A stretch of DNA of 64,000 nucleotides from a virus. Its lineage: Duplodnaviria > Caudoviricetes. Position 1 is the stretch's first letter, and each line of letters begins with the position of its first letter. The notes under the pieces are model-generated. The model ran no database searches. It was given only the letters and a program-made list of their open reading frames with translations, and was not told the DNA's origin. The translations under genes and the position numbers were made by a program. This document shows, piece by piece, positions 55,501 through 62,919 of the stretch. Where the stretch lies: the IMG/VR virus record IMGVR_UViG_3300042691_031247; one strand, written 5' to 3'.

Positions 55501-56925
55501 GACGAGCGCTGCCACCACGGGAAGTCCGTTATCTTCTTCGCCGGGAAACACGAGCGGCGTATCGGCCAGCTCTTGCGGCGTCTTGTACACCTTATCGCCG
55601 GTTTTCATATCAACAACCGGCGTATACACCTTGCCGTCGGAGCCCTTCATAGCGCCGCGGGCAAAGCGCATGTCAACACCCACCTTGCCGGATTCTGGCG
55701 TGCGAAGATAGTCGATAAACCCAAGGTGGCTGGGCTGCACAGAACGTGACTCGGCAGGCACGGCGTCCAGCGAGCCAATGCCGCCTTCGCCCATACGGGT
55801 CACACGCGTCTGGTGGTCAAAGATCTCCGCAGGATTAATTTCTTCTAAACTCGACCCCAGACCGCTGCCAATAAGCGCAGCTGAGATTGCCTTGTCGAAT
55901 ACGCCCGACGGAATGTGATCAATTGACTTCTTCGCCGTAGCTTTCCAGAGCAGCTTGTTAAGCGATTGGCGGTCTTTGGTAAAACGCTCGGCAATGAGGT
56001 CCTCCGGGCCGACGACGGACTGATACACCATGTTGTCTCGGTCGTCGCTCTCGGCCTCGCGGCGATTCACTGCGATTAATTTCTTAGTGATCGCCAGAAT
56101 CGTCTCCGGCGTCATGTTCTTGTATTCAGAACCCAGTGTGCGCCGGGTGACTTCCGGGTCGAGTTCGGTCTTGGCAAACTCGGCCGCGATCGCCTGCGCT
56201 TTGGCAATAGCGTCTGCGCCGGCAACTGGTTTGTTTACAAGGCGGGCGTAGATCTTGTCCATCGTGCCAGCATCGCCCTTCTCCATGTTGACGGCGGTGA
56301 TCTCATTGCCCCACGCTTTGCGGATGTCCTGATCTGACACGCCCATGGACTTGAGCAGCGGCATGAGCGGGATCTGCGCCTGACCAATGCTGATTTTGAA
56401 CACGCCGGTTTTGGGGTCGAGGAAGTACCGGTGCGAACGGCCCTTACCCGGTAGCGTGTTTACGTGCGCCTCAATCTCGCCGTTGTCTTTCTCGCGGGTA
56501 AACACGCCGGGGCGCAACCGCATCTGGTGCGCAAGGGTGTACTCGACGCCGCCGTTAACGAACGTGCCCGAGTCGGTGAGATACGGCACGTGGGCGATCG
56601 TGGCGCGGCGCTGGCCGACAGGCTGCCCGGTTTTGTTATCTGTAAGCGTCCACGTACCTTGCAGCCGGCGGGCAAGTGTCCCTCTGGAAAGGACAGCTTT
56701 CTTCTGATCTGACCTTGTGAAGCGCTCAGGTCCCGAATACCCGACGTCTTGCAGCTGCAACGTATACAGGTCATTCTGCAGCGGCTTGAGCCCCTGCGCG
56801 CTCGTAAGCGCCTGATTAAAAATGTTATCCCGCATCACGCCAACGTCGCCGAACGTGCGCATCGTGGGCGCGACCGGCGCGGGTGTCATCGGCGATTTTA
56901 AGTCGGGCAGTTCAGGGGTCGGCAT
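52522..56925 (-). CDS. rpoB/rpoC: Phage RNA polymerase: fused beta subunit plus beta' N-terminal half, containing the catalytic DFDGD
   Basis: Beta motifs RTPESGKVG, MGSRMFTQA, KNYEDA, GDKLTGRFGDKGVV and GAKRVGMLD. Beta' motifs follow: ETVDWKGRLKPIAGGLF, VLPPLFRP, LLSSTVDLVGRAVI, NRAPVLHR and GADFDGD (52795-52815). Confidence 0.95.
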   Translation of the reverse strand: MPTPELPDLKSPMTPAPVAPTMRTFGDVGVMRDNIFNQALTSAQGLKPLQNDLYTLQLQDVGYSGPERFTRSDQKKAVLSRGTLARRLQGTWTLTDNKTGQPVGQRRATIAHVPYLTDSGTFVNGGVEYTLAHQMRLRPGVFTREKDNGEIEAHVNTLPGKGRSHRYFLDPKTGVFKISIGQAQIPLMPLLKSMGVSDQDIRKAWGNEITAVNMEKGDAGTMDKIYARLVNKPVAGADAIAKAQAIAAEFAKTELDPEVTRRTLGSEYKNMTPETILAITKKLIAVNRREAESDDRDNMVYQSVVGPEDLIAERFTKDRQSLNKLLWKATAKKSIDHIPSGVFDKAISAALIGSGLGSSLEEINPAEIFDHQTRVTRMGEGGIGSLDAVPAESRSVQPSHLGFIDYLRTPESGKVGVDMRFARGAMKGSDGKVYTPVVDMKTGDKVYKTPQELADTPLVFPGEEDNGLPVVAALVNGKLKYVPRKEAQFSLPNMDSTFSTLSNMVPIKSMIKGHRVIMGSRMFTQALPLVNAEAPLLQSAKADDESMSHEDEMGEKLGATRATERAQVVDVTPDGIVLRDKDGNKKTIDLYNEMPYNRKTFLHQTPIVKPGDTVEPGQLLARSNFTDQNGSAALGLNLRTAYLPFRGKNYEDAVVISESASKRLTSEHMYQHEAEWDDNTHVGKKAFVSLFPTEYDKKYLDNFDDDGAIKKGTEVKFGDPLVLVAKKKDTVYGKVHRGRAGNFTNDTITWEHHAPGIVTDVMHTKKGVSVVVKNQAPMDVGDKLTGRFGDKGVVAEIVPDDQMPKDRDGNPFEVLVSPLGLISRINPAQVIEAALGKVAAKTGSPYKLKDFDNKNDLIEFAQKELAKHGLSDTEDVIDAETGRKIGGVLTGSRFFMKLHHTSESKAQGRSMGAYTAEGTPAKGGSEGAKRVGMLDLGALLSHGAGKVIRDAKMVRGQANPEYWSQFMAGYTPPLPKVPHVYEKFVGQLRASGINVVRKGTRSNLMAMTDKDIDELAGPRELKSSETVDWKGRLKPIAGGLFDEALTGGHGGNRWSKITLHEPLPNPVMEDPIRRVLGMTEKQFRGVLAGREQLGDKTGPTAIKAALERINLPKAIEQARLDIKSGRKTLRDAAVRRLGFLKSAETTGVHPKDWMISKVPVLPPLFRPVSTMGSKKLPLVADANYLYKELLDANDTLKEASGALADYGDERLSVYDSMKAVTGLGEPQQPKNVERNVKGFLRHVFGNSPKYGTVQRKLLSSTVDLVGRAVITPNPDLDMDEVALPEEKAWDIYKPFVVRGLVRRGLPRMQAMQAVEDKTKEAGAELDRQMSSRPIVINRAPVLHRYGMMAFYPKLTKNKVMEVNPVITKGFGADFDGDAMQYHVPSTEDAAKEAVEKMLPSKNLFAASTFKAHYVPNKDYQTGLYLASSRISKKAKPRVFRSKQDAMQAYRRGEIEVDTPVHIVEDNT

Positions 56926-56928
56926 GAA

Positions 56929-57783
56929 TCACCCCGCCTGCGATTGCTCAACTTGCTGCTTCAGCGCGATGATCTCGTCGGGATCGACGTACGTCGGCAA
57001 AATGCCGGAGATGCGCGCTTTCGACTTCGCGGCTTCTTCAACCGCTTTGGCGCGGGAACGCTCGCGCGCACGATCGTACATTAACTTGGCAGCCAGACCG
57101 CCGAGTCCCAAACCACCAGCAACGTATGTGCCGCCGAGCGCCGCCGGCACCCGTTTCGCTGTGTCGTACGCGCTGGTGAGCCAGTCGAGCAGCGCCTTCT
57201 TCTCCGCAGCTGCTTTTTCGCTCGCGGTGTCGTATGCGCTGTCGAGCGCTTTGGCCGGGCCGCCGGTCAGCGCGTCGTAGTACTCTTTTTCAGCAGCCGC
57301 GATTTGCTCCTGCTGATCGCGCTTCTTTTTGCGCTTGTGCAGCGTCTCGATCAGTTTGTAACCGCCGAGTCCGCCCAAAGCCGCGGCGCCAAACGTCGCG
57401 CCCGTACCAAATGACGAACGAATCACGTTCGGGTCGTACGAGTTCTGGCTTTTGCTTGTGGCGGGCGTGAACGGCCGTAAAAAACTGAGCACTGAATCTG
57501 GCAGCATTTTGCCAACGCCTTCAGTGACGTTGTCGTATATGCCAGCGGCTTTTGTCTCGGTAATCTTGGGCGTTTCTTCTTCGTCTTCTTCGTACTTCGG
57601 CTTGTTTAGCGCCTGAGAAAGCCCGCGGGCCAGATAATACAAACTAGCAGCAGTAGCACCAGCGCCAAGCCCGCCAACACCAGTACGGATAATACGATTG
57701 CCCCAGAAACGCTGGTAATCTTGGGCGGTAGGTTGGCCAACAGGGGCTGCGGGTGGGATGGCATTGTTTGCTAGTTTTTCCAT
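56929..57783 (-). CDS. Gly-zipper putative ejection/internal protein
   Basis: 284 aa, Cys-free. Three hydrophobic Gly-rich segments each followed by basic or coiled-coil stretches. Contains MEKLA, TKAAG and EKAAA. Confidence 0.55.
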   Translation of the reverse strand: MEKLANNAIPPAAPVGQPTAQDYQRFWGNRIIRTGVGGLGAGATAASLYYLARGLSQALNKPKYEEDEEETPKITETKAAGIYDNVTEGVGKMLPDSVLSFLRPFTPATSKSQNSYDPNVIRSSFGTGATFGAAALGGLGGYKLIETLHKRKKKRDQQEQIAAAEKEYYDALTGGPAKALDSAYDTASEKAAAEKKALLDWLTSAYDTAKRVPAALGGTYVAGGLGLGGLAAKLMYDRARERSRAKAVEEAAKSKARISGILPTYVDPDEIIALKQQVEQSQAG

Positions 57784-57795
57784 TGGTCGCGCTCA

Positions 57796-58143
57796 CTAGT
57801 GTTTGGGCGGAATCATGCCATAAACCTGTGCCCATTCAAGCCAGACACGAAAATGTTTATGTTCATCGTCCCAGTTGTCGGTTCGTTTTAATAGCCGATA
57901 CCAGCCGTTGACTATCTTATCATTTATATCGTCAAATTCTGATTTTTGCGCCGTATCCCACAGCTCAAACATATGCGATTTAAAGTCGTACTGGATATCA
58001 ATGTTTTCCAGTTCGTCTTGCTTTAAATCTGCCCGCTGCCCGCCATTCAGCACAGGAAACCCGTCGAGAGTTCCCGGCCAATTTAGCTGAGCGTTGTTGT
58101 GCTGCGGACCGCCGATTTCGCCGTGATATTTGCGCAGGCTCAC
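57796..58143 (-). CDS. Hypothetical protein
   Basis: 115-aa ORF with GTG start, closely packed with neighbours. Confidence 0.62.
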   Translation of the reverse strand: MSLRKYHGEIGGPQHNNAQLNWPGTLDGFPVLNGGQRADLKQDELENIDIQYDFKSHMFELWDTAQKSEFDDINDKIVNGWYRLLKRTDNWDDEHKHFRVWLEWAQVYGMIPPKH

Positions 58144-58146
58144 AAA

Positions 58147-58506
58147 TTACCTTTCTGGCCGGTAGAGGCGTAACTTCCTGTTTGTCTTGGCCCGTGCCGC
58201 ATATGCCTTGTAGGCCGCGGCGAGTTCGCGCGCTTTCAGGTCTTCTTCGTCAACATCGGGCTCCGTCATCTTGCCCGCGACGTGCCCGGCTAGTCCGCCA
58301 CCAACTGTGGCCAACATGAGCGGCGTATACGCAATGTTTCCAAGCGCCTGAAACGAGTCAGACATTGTCGGCAGCTGAATAGCCGCACTTTTTACAAACG
58401 CCTCGGCGGCTTTGATGCGCGTCTCAAGCGCGGCGCCTGTTAACTGCTCTTCTGCGCAGCGGCGAAGAAACCCGAGTTTAAAAGCTTCTTTTTCGTTGAC
58501 ATCCAT
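58147..58506 (-). CDS. Small Gly-zipper protein (K-x-A motif, single hydrophobic segment)
   Basis: 119 aa from the ATG 1 nt after the upstream TGA. Contains AFKLGF..RCAE, FVKSAA and LATVGGGLAGHVAG. Confidence 0.6.
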   Translation of the reverse strand: MDVNEKEAFKLGFLRRCAEEQLTGAALETRIKAAEAFVKSAAIQLPTMSDSFQALGNIAYTPLMLATVGGGLAGHVAGKMTEPDVDEEDLKARELAAAYKAYAARAKTNRKLRLYRPER

Positions 58507-58507
58507 G

Positions 58508-59002
58508 TCAAAACTCTCCGGGCAAAATAAGTTTTTTGGTTGGCGCCCCGACGGCAAAGTCGGGTGTTACGTGCTTGCCGGTATCCTTACCAAGCGGTAA
58601 CGCGCCCGGCAGCGCTGATGTAAAATTAGCGCCGCTGGCCAAAGATATCTTACTCTTTCTGCCCGGTCGGTGTCGCATAAACCACGCATCAACGGCCGGG
58701 TCGTTCCGGTCGCCCTGTTCTTTTGCTTCGTGCGCGACAGCCACCATATTCTCGATTGCCTGCTGCAGTTCGGCGCGGTCGGCGGATAACCACGCGGCTT
58801 TTCCGGGGTTTTCGGCCGCCATGTGCCGCAGCCGCTTCGCTTCGTCGCTGATCGCCTGCGCCCGCTGTAAAAACTCTTTACGGGTCAGTACAAAAAACTC
58901 GCCGGTCTGTTCGTCGTGAAGGCAGACGAAGCCATTTTTGGCGTAAAACTTTAACCCGCGATATGAATAGCATTTACCTGTTGAACCAGCAGCAGCAGAC
59001 AT
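58508..59002 (-). CDS. Hypothetical protein
   Basis: 164-aa ORF in a packed operon. Confidence 0.6.
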   Translation of the reverse strand: MSAAAGSTGKCYSYRGLKFYAKNGFVCLHDEQTGEFFVLTRKEFLQRAQAISDEAKRLRHMAAENPGKAAWLSADRAELQQAIENMVAVAHEAKEQGDRNDPAVDAWFMRHRPGRKSKISLASGANFTSALPGALPLGKDTGKHVTPDFAVGAPTKKLILPGEF

Positions 59003-59010
59003 TCAACACC

Positions 59011-59370
59011 TTACTTACGGGGGAGCGGGCAACCGTTTTCGTCGCAGTCGTTGGGCTTTACGGGCGGCAGCGGATTGGCCTGTAAACGCATCGACGGCTT
59101 GGGGCCGGTATTTTTCATTTCGCCAGCCGGGGCGCCGGTTTTAGGTTCGCAGTCCGGGCAGTCAGTCCATGGGTGATTACTGTCGCCCGTGGGGATCTTG
59201 CCGGTACGATTACACCGCGCGCAATCTTTGGTGTCAATAAGAGGTTTTACTACCGGCGTATCAGGAAGCAGAGCAGCGTAAGCAACCTCTGCAGCGACCA
59301 CCCCGACAAAGTCTTTTTTGGGCGGTTCGACATGGGTCACCGGGGCTAGTGCTAAAAGCCATTCGAACAT
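59011..59370 (-). CDS. Hypothetical protein with CxxC...CxxC zinc-finger-like motif and hydrophobic N-terminus
   Basis: Contains DCARCNRTGKI...DCPDC. Confidence 0.6.
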   Translation of the reverse strand: MFEWLLALAPVTHVEPPKKDFVGVVAAEVAYAALLPDTPVVKPLIDTKDCARCNRTGKIPTGDSNHPWTDCPDCEPKTGAPAGEMKNTGPKPSMRLQANPLPPVKPNDCDENGCPLPRK

Positions 59371-59395
59371 GATGTCACCTATTAAAGTTTACCAA

Positions 59396-60421
59396 TTAGA
59401 TCCGGCCGAGCGCGCCATAGCTGCGCAGCTTCTTCGGCGGCCAACCGTTAACACCGGAGATCGCCACCATGTATCGATTTTTGATATCGGACCATTTAGC
59501 CCAAAAAGCGCCAACTGGAATGTCTACAACCGTACCAAAAATACGGCGACTTCCGGCATTCCACGCGCCCCAGCTATTTTGAATTAACACAAGCGGTTCA
59601 CCATAAAGTTTTTTAATCTCGTCGCGATCGTCTACGCCAAGATAGGCGAGAGCGTGCGCCCAAGAGCCTCTACGTTTACTTACGCCGTTTAAATCGCGCT
59701 CGGATGAAAAGCCCTCACTCCCGCAGCTACTTACGCAATACCCATTGGCAAGTAAATCGCGGAGCGCTTCAAACTCTTCGATTTCAGTAATCGTCTGGAC
59801 AAGATGTAACTTACCGACCTCGCGCCACGAATCGGGCGGCGTGCGAGAGCCGTAGATGCCGGCGTTACGCGCCGAGTACTGCGTGAAGTCAACCTCGATC
59901 TCGTCGTACTTCTTGCGCAGCCACAGGCCGCTATCGTTCAGCATGACTTGCGCAGCAGACGCGCAGCTCCAGCCGTCCCCGCCGTGCCGACGCCAATTGT
60001 AAATCGCTTCGGTCGACAACACGCCGTTGAGCCGCGCCGTGTCGCTAACTTCCGGCGCGCCTTCTAGCCGCCCGCTGTTTACGTCCGGGAGGCCGCTGGT
60101 GATTTCGCAGCACATTGTGCCGAGCGCGGCGTTTCGGCTCGACCAACTGACGCAGTCACCGCGACCTTGTGCTCCACCCGGCAAGCAGTCCGGGTAGAGC
60201 TTCAAGATCTCTAGCACAGGAAGACTTAACTTTCCCTTGCCTGTTTCTTCCAGTGCGTAGGCCGAGCAGGCCATAGCGCCATCGGGAATACCGCCCGCAG
60301 CTTTAATCTGATCGCGGAGCGCTTCAGCGGCTTCGGGGTCGCCGTAGGCGCCCACAAAGCCCTTTTCATACGCTGCCACGACGTCATAAACGTCGGTAAA
60401 AAAATGTTCGGTATCGGCCAT
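59396..60421 (-). CDS. Papain-like (clan CA, C1-like) cysteine peptidase
   Basis: QGRGDCVSW (Gln/Cys), WAHALAYLG (His) and IQNSWG (Asn). Start MADTEH behind AGGAG. Confidence 0.88.
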   Translation of the reverse strand: MADTEHFFTDVYDVVAAYEKGFVGAYGDPEAAEALRDQIKAAGGIPDGAMACSAYALEETGKGKLSLPVLEILKLYPDCLPGGAQGRGDCVSWSSRNAALGTMCCEITSGLPDVNSGRLEGAPEVSDTARLNGVLSTEAIYNWRRHGGDGWSCASAAQVMLNDSGLWLRKKYDEIEVDFTQYSARNAGIYGSRTPPDSWREVGKLHLVQTITEIEEFEALRDLLANGYCVSSCGSEGFSSERDLNGVSKRRGSWAHALAYLGVDDRDEIKKLYGEPLVLIQNSWGAWNAGSRRIFGTVVDIPVGAFWAKWSDIKNRYMVAISGVNGWPPKKLRSYGALGRI

Positions 60422-60440
60422 GGCATCTCTCCTGCGGTTA

Positions 60441-60896
60441 TCAAGCAGTCGGCTCTTCGCCCTTGGTCTCGCTGACAAGAGTGACGCCGAACGAACCCGG
60501 CTGCGCAGGCGGCAGGGTGTCTTCAGCCACAAACTCCAACACGGCCGGTTCCGACCGGTTACCGGCGTCGTCTACGTCGACGAGCGTCAGCAGTACCGAC
60601 GAACCCTGCGGCACGGTCACTTCACCAAGATCGGTGGTGTCGGCCGGGAACGTCTTAAACTCGTCGACCGGCACAACGCCGTCGACGGCCACGACCAGCT
60701 GGCGCTCGACAACGTCGGCGTCAACGACCGGGCCTACAGAAACACGATACGTTAAAAGATCAGCCATAGTGAGCTTGCTCCTAATTTGTAAAACACTAAA
60801 CCCCTCTGGCGATGACGGGGCAGCTAAAAACTGCGCCATCACCACCAACAACCACACCACCAAACACAACAAAACGGCGGCGGTTATAGCGCCCAT
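60441..60896 (-). CDS. Membrane-anchored FN3/Ig-like protein (possible second in-frame start at 60767)
   Basis: N-terminal TM (AVLLCLVVWLLVVMAQFL) and DDAGNRSEP..DTLPPAQPG, an FN3-type motif. Confidence 0.6.
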   Translation of the reverse strand: MGAITAAVLLCLVVWLLVVMAQFLAAPSSPEGFSVLQIRSKLTMADLLTYRVSVGPVVDADVVERQLVVAVDGVVPVDEFKTFPADTTDLGEVTVPQGSSVLLTLVDVDDAGNRSEPAVLEFVAEDTLPPAQPGSFGVTLVSETKGEEPTA

Positions 60897-60897
60897 G

Positions 60898-61350
60898 TTA
60901 CTTAGCGGCCGCGACTGAATTCGCAATGATGTCGCACGCCTCCGTAAGTTTTTTCAGCGTCTCAGGTGTGCCGGGCAGTACGTCATCGGTACCGGCGGTG
61001 GTCTTAAACACCCGCTCAATCGCTGCGTCGAGCCCCGGATACTTGTTCACCTGCTCAATGGCGAGATCCAACGTGTTCCCGTGCACTTCTTCCCACTTCT
61101 CGGTCGTGGTGATACGCGCAGGGGCCGTCGGACGCTGCAGCACCTTCTTGAGCGATGTGTATACGTCGTAGACACGCGCCCGGTCAGCAATGTCGCTGCC
61201 GGTCATAAGCTTGACAATCTCGGCGTCTGTCGGCACTGACTCCACGACCGGCCGTGTCACTTCGGGCTGCACGCTAGGAAAGCGCGGGCCGTTCGGAAAC
61301 ACGATCGATGTAATGAGCAGCAGACCGGCAACTAACACCAGCTTTTTCAT
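60898..61350 (-). CDS. Signal/TM-anchored hypothetical protein
   Basis: MKKLVLVAGLLLITSIVFP followed by a helical domain. Confidence 0.65.
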   Translation of the reverse strand: MKKLVLVAGLLLITSIVFPNGPRFPSVQPEVTRPVVESVPTDAEIVKLMTGSDIADRARVYDVYTSLKKVLQRPTAPARITTTEKWEEVHGNTLDLAIEQVNKYPGLDAAIERVFKTTAGTDDVLPGTPETLKKLTEACDIIANSVAAAK

Positions 61351-61631
61351 ACAGCACCCTTTGACGGCTGTTCATACTCCACAATCACACGCAACAGAGC
61401 GGTGCACGCATCTACGCCTTCTTTGCAGCCTTCCCCGGCGAGCTTATCGCGCAGCTTGGTCACGGCAATAATGTCGTCCACCAGCGGCACGGCGATCGAC
61501 TCGTGTACGGTCTGCGTCGTAGCCGTCACGAGCGGGCGCGCAAGCTTCAGACGCGCCAGAATTTCTTTGCGATACGCGATAACAACGAGCACCGCGAAGG
61601 CGGCGGCGCTGAATAACTGAAACGGTGTCAT
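61347..61631 (-). CDS. Small single-TM protein
   Basis: 94 aa, starting MTPFQLFSAAAFAVLVVIAYR. SD GGAGG. Confidence 0.65.
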   Translation of the reverse strand: MTPFQLFSAAAFAVLVVIAYRKEILARLKLARPLVTATTQTVHESIAVPLVDDIIAVTKLRDKLAGEGCKEGVDACTALLRVIVEYEQPSKGAV

Positions 61632-61654
61632 AAACCCTCCAATGTGAATTGCGC

Positions 61655-61670
61655 TGAACTATTTTATCAG
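61655..61670 (-). promoter_or_regulatory. Putative -10 box (TAAAAT) upstream of the small TM genes
   Basis: gaTAAAATag overlaps the end of the MMP gene, ~30 nt before GGAGG-ATG. Confidence 0.3.
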
Positions 61671-62494
61671 GTTTGCGGCACAAGTACATACGGACGACCG
61701 TTAATTACAAGTGTGCCGTTTATCTGCAGCCCGGCATCTTTCGTAATAGGATATGCCGTAGTGCGCTTGCCATATAACTTAATTATTTCGGCAATGTCGC
61801 CGTTTTGCGGCTTGGTGACGTTCGGGTCGTAATACGGGGCCATGAGGTTGCCGTTGGCGAGGTGCGGAAGACCGAGCGCATGACCCAGCTCGTGGCAAAT
61901 CACGGCCACAGCCATGTTGAAGCTCCAGTCTTCCGCTTCATCAAACATCTGATCGAGCTGGATATTCTCAGCGACACCGCACGGCAGTTCGCTCCACGCG
62001 AGAGTGCCGCCTTTGTTATCTAAACCGTTTTTCTTGCCGACACCCGAGCGCGCATAAATGTTGGCTTTCTTGTGCGTGTCGACTCGCGTCGGATCAATCG
62101 CGCACACTTCGGCCCACTGCGAGAAGGCGATGTCGTACGCTTCGGCAACCTGTGAGTTCGATAGGCCGGGCAACCGGATCTCGTGGTAGTACGAGATGTT
62201 CGGCATCGGCCACTTGCACGGGTCGCCGCCGGGAGCCGTGATATTAAAATCAGGCAGCCCGCAGCGGCGGCGATTAATCCGGTGTGCGGTCGTGGGGCCA
62301 ACGGTGCCAGTCGGATTCAGGCCGTTGAACTCTTGAAACGCCCGGACTGCCTTCTGCAGTTCGGCACCCTTGATCTTCTTGACCTGCGCCAGTGTTTTAT
62401 CGCCGAAATACCCCAGCGCGTGAAGGCGCCGAAGAATTTCACTGACGGGGAGAACGTGCGGTTCAGGCGGGTGGTGGGCTGGCTTCCGTGCCAT
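61667..62494 (-). CDS. Matrixin (M10A, MMP-like) zinc metalloprotease with a PG-binding-like prodomain and cysteine switch
   Basis: LRRLHALGYF...AVRAFQEFNGLNPTGTVGPTT (PGBD-like), RRRCGLPD (switch), HELGHALGLPH (Zn) and LMAPYY (Met-turn). Confidence 0.9.
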   Translation of the reverse strand: MARKPAHHPPEPHVLPVSEILRRLHALGYFGDKTLAQVKKIKGAELQKAVRAFQEFNGLNPTGTVGPTTAHRINRRRCGLPDFNITAPGGDPCKWPMPNISYYHEIRLPGLSNSQVAEAYDIAFSQWAEVCAIDPTRVDTHKKANIYARSGVGKKNGLDNKGGTLAWSELPCGVAENIQLDQMFDEAEDWSFNMAVAVICHELGHALGLPHLANGNLMAPYYDPNVTKPQNGDIAEIIKLYGKRTTAYPITKDAGLQINGTLVINGRPYVLVPQT

Positions 62495-62514
62495 AAATGC
62501 GCATCCTTGTAGGT

Positions 62515-62919
62515 TTATTGCGCGGCAGCCAACTCCATAAGACCGGCGGCTGCGGCGTCATCGATTGTATCACTCAGTGTATAGACGGCGCCAACCACTG
62601 GATTATCTCGCGTATATTCAACACCTGTCTTCGCGCAGTGCTCCCGCCACACGTTATTTAAACGCCGGCGGAGCCGCATCAGTTTACGCGGCGGAAGCGT
62701 GCGCAGTTCTCGCATGCTCTGCTGGATCGCGTCTTCCGCGTTCTTTTCTTTGCAGTGAATAATCACCTGCACAATGATCGAGATGATCATGATGATGGTG
62801 ATCGGATCAAACTGATACGAGTTGTTACCCTGAGCGACAAGCTCATCCGTGAGCCTGTCTCTCAGGGCTGCCAGCGCAGGCGACTCGTTCACACGGCGCT
62901 GCAGTTCTTCTGTGGTCAT
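62515..62919 (-). CDS. Single-TM hypothetical protein
   Basis: Contains FDPITIIMIISIIVQVIIHC. Confidence 0.65.
   Translation of the reverse strand: MTTEELQRRVNESPALAALRDRLTDELVAQGNNSYQFDPITIIMIISIIVQVIIHCKEKNAEDAIQQSMRELRTLPPRKLMRLRRRLNNVWREHCAKTGVEYTRDNPVVGAVYTLSDTIDDAAAAGLMELAAAQ

Noticed and set aside
58147-60926. ORF-track upstream starts for 58147..58557, 59396..60532 and 60441..60926 (also 62919..63347, 47199..49604, 38627..39568, 17630..18472)
   Set aside because: The extensions overlap upstream genes or lack an SD. Downstream starts with SD or stop-start coupling were preferred.
61667-62494. Calling the PGBD-containing gene a standard endolysin
   Set aside because: The catalytic domain is clearly M10A/MMP, whose own prodomain has a PGBD-like fold. 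Muralytic activity is not supported by the sequence.
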